DNA of 27,605 nucleotides from a virus (Duplodnaviria; Heunggongvirae; Uroviricota; Caudoviricetes): IMG/VR virus record IMGVR_UViG_2534681674_000034, positions 1 to 27,605 of that record; one strand, 5' to 3'. Shown piece by piece: positions 25,845 to 27,605 of this stretch (position 1 is its first letter; each line of letters starts with the position of its first letter). The notes under the pieces were generated by a model. It saw only the letters and a program-made list of their open reading frames with translations, ran no database searches and was not told where the DNA came from. The position numbers and the translations under genes were made by a program.

Positions 25845-26390
25845 ATGGAAGTCAACAAAAAGCAGCTGGCTGACATTTTCGGTGCGAGTATCCGTACCAT
25901 TCAGAACTGGCAGGAACAGGGAATGCCCGTTCTGCGAGGCGGTGGCAAGGGTAATGAGGTGCTTTATGACTCTGCCGCCGTCATAAAATGGTATGCCGAA
26001 AGGGATGCTGAAATTGAGAACGAAAAGCTGCGCCGGGAAGTTGAAGAACTGCGGCAGGCCAGCGAGACAGATCTCCAGCCAGGGACTATTGAGTACGAAC
26101 GCCATCGACTTACGCGTGCGCAGGCCGACGCACAGGAGCTGAAAAATGCCAGAGACTCCGCTGAAGTGGTGGAAACCGCATTCTGTACTTTCGTGCTGTC
26201 GCGGATCGCAGGTGAAATTGCCAGTATTCTCGACGGGATCCCCCTGTCGGTGCAGCGGCGTTTCCCGGAACTGGAAAACCGACATGTTGATTTCCTGAAA
26301 CGGGATATCATCAAAGCCATGAACAAAGCAGCCGCGCTGGATGAACTGATACCGGGGTTGCTGAGTGAATATATCGAACAGTCAGGTTAA
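25845..26390 (+). CDS. nu1: Terminase small subunit Nu1 (lambda-like)
   Basis: Translation MEVNKKQLADIFGASIRTIQNWQEQGMPVLRGGGKGNEVLYDS... is near-identical to lambda Nu1 as recalled. Confidence 0.95.
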   Translation: MEVNKKQLADIFGASIRTIQNWQEQGMPVLRGGGKGNEVLYDSAAVIKWYAERDAEIENEKLRREVEELRQASETDLQPGTIEYERHRLTRAQADAQELKNARDSAEVVETAFCTFVLSRIAGEIASILDGIPLSVQRRFPELENRHVDFLKRDIIKAMNKAAALDELIPGLLSEYIEQSG

Positions 26391-27605
26391 CAGGCTGCGG
26401 CATTTTGTCCGCGCCGGGCTTCGCTCACTGTTCAGGCCGGAGCCACAGACCGCCGTTGAATGGGCGGATGCCAGTTACTATCTCCCGAAAGAATCCGCAT
26501 ACCAGGAAGGGCGCTGGGAAACACTGCCCTTTCAGCGGGCCATCATGAATGCGATGGGCAGCGACTACATCCGCGAGGTGAATGTGGTGAAGTCTGCCCG
26601 TGTTGGTTATTCCAAAATGCTGCTGGGTGTTTATGCCTACTTCATAGAGCATAAGCAGCGCAACACACTTATCTGGTTGCCGACGGATGGTGATGCCGAG
26701 AACTTTATGAAAACCCACGTTGAGCCGACCATCCGCGATATTCCGTCGCTGCTGGCGCTGGCTCCGTGGTATGGCAAAAAGCACCGGGATAACACGCTCA
26801 CTATGAAGCGTTTTTCCAATGGTCGTGGCTTCTGGTGCCTGGGCGTAAAGCGGCAAAAAACTACCGTGAAAAGTCGGTGGATGTGGCGGGTTATGATGAA
26901 CTTGCTGCCTTTGATGAGGATATTGAACAGGAAGGCTCTCCGACGTTCCTGGGCGATAAGCGTATTGAAGGCTCGGTCTGGCCAAAGTCCATCCGTGGCT
27001 CCACGCCCAAAGTGAGAGGCACCTGCCAGATTGAGCGTGCAGCCAGTGAATCCCCGCATTTTATGCGTTTTCATGTTGCCTGCCCGCACTGCGGGGAGGA
27101 GCAGTATCTTAAATTTGGCGACAAAGAGACGCCGTTTGGCCTCAAATGGACGCCGGATGACCCCTCCAGCGTGTTTTATCTCTGCGAGCATAATGCCTGC
27201 GTCATCCGCCAGCAGGAGCTGGACTTTACTGATGCCCGTTATATCTGCGAAAAGACCGGGATCTGGACCCGTGATGGCATTCTCTGGTTTTCGTCATCCG
27301 GTGAAGAGATTGAACCGCCTGACAGTGTGACCTTTCACATCTGGACGGCGTACAGCCCGTTCACCACCTGGGTGCAGATTGTCAAAGACTGGATGAAGAC
27401 GAAAGGGGATACGGGAAAACGTAAAACCTTCGTGAACACCACGCTCGGTGAGACGTGGGAAGCGAAAATCGGCGAACGTCCGGATGCTGAAGTGATGGCA
27501 GAGCGGAAAGAGTATTATTCAGCGCCCGTTCCTGATCGTGTGGCTTACCTGACCGCCGGTATCGACTCCCAGCTGGACCGCTACGAAATGCGCGTATGGG
27601 GATGG
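26365..27605 (+). pseudogene. A: Terminase large subunit A (lambda-like), frameshifted near 26842-26848; continues past the window end
   Basis: Track ORF matches lambda gpA up to ...GFWCLG, then departs and stops at 27015. The lambda-like reading continues in the -1 frame to the window end. One base appears missing (GGCGTAAAG here versus recalled GGCGGTAAAG). Confidence 0.7.

Noticed and set aside
25746-26985. Minus-strand ORFs (179, 120, 186, 184 aa) over Nu1 and A
   Set aside because: Antisense to the lambda-like terminase genes, whose identity is secure.
27031-27330. Plus-strand 99-aa ORF
   Set aside because: Lies in a third frame within the terminase A region. The lambda-like gpA translation is in a different frame and runs through it.

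Overview
This window reads as one mosaic lambdoid prophage of Escherichia coli type, running from its integrase (stop codon at window positions 1-3) to the start of the head-packaging genes. All identifications are from reading the ORF translations and DNA by eye; no database search, HMM or folding was run. Left arm (minus strand) is Rac-like: intR, xis-like, ydaC, ralR/lar, recT, recE interrupted by a 1310-bp IS3-family element (IS629/IS1203-like) with 3-bp CGG target duplication, racC, ydaE, kilR. The immunity region has a CI-like HTH/S24-peptidase repressor between divergent PL and PR promoters that overlap AATCTAA/TTAGATT operators, followed by cro/YdaS-like and cII/YdaT-like genes. The replication module is an O-like initiator carrying two arrays of helically phased GTCAC iterons plus a GATACA/AT-rich tract, and a P-like helicase loader. 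The nin-equivalent region is a string of cargo: small ORFs that look AT-rich by eye, a DUF551 protein, two tiny hydrophobic peptides, a Hok-family type I toxin, and an HTH-XRE + ImmA/IrrE-type HExxH peptidase + Cys-rich protein cassette bracketed by two copies of the same intrinsic terminator. Then come DUF968, RusA, a putative Q antiterminator, a tRNA triplet (CAU, Arg-UCG, Arg-UCU) as in Stx-phage late regions but with two small unknown ORFs where stx would sit, a TerB-like protein coupled to a small membrane protein, a nanS-p-type sialate O-acetylesterase, and a phage-21-type lysis cassette (pinholin, SAR endolysin, Rz/Rz1) with two atypical inserts. The window ends with a lambda cos site, Nu1, and a terminase large-subunit gene that is frameshifted relative to the lambda A frame. 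The most plausible candidates for an undescribed system are the XRE/ImmA/Cys cassette and the TerB-like/membrane pair, but neither function can be established from sequence alone.
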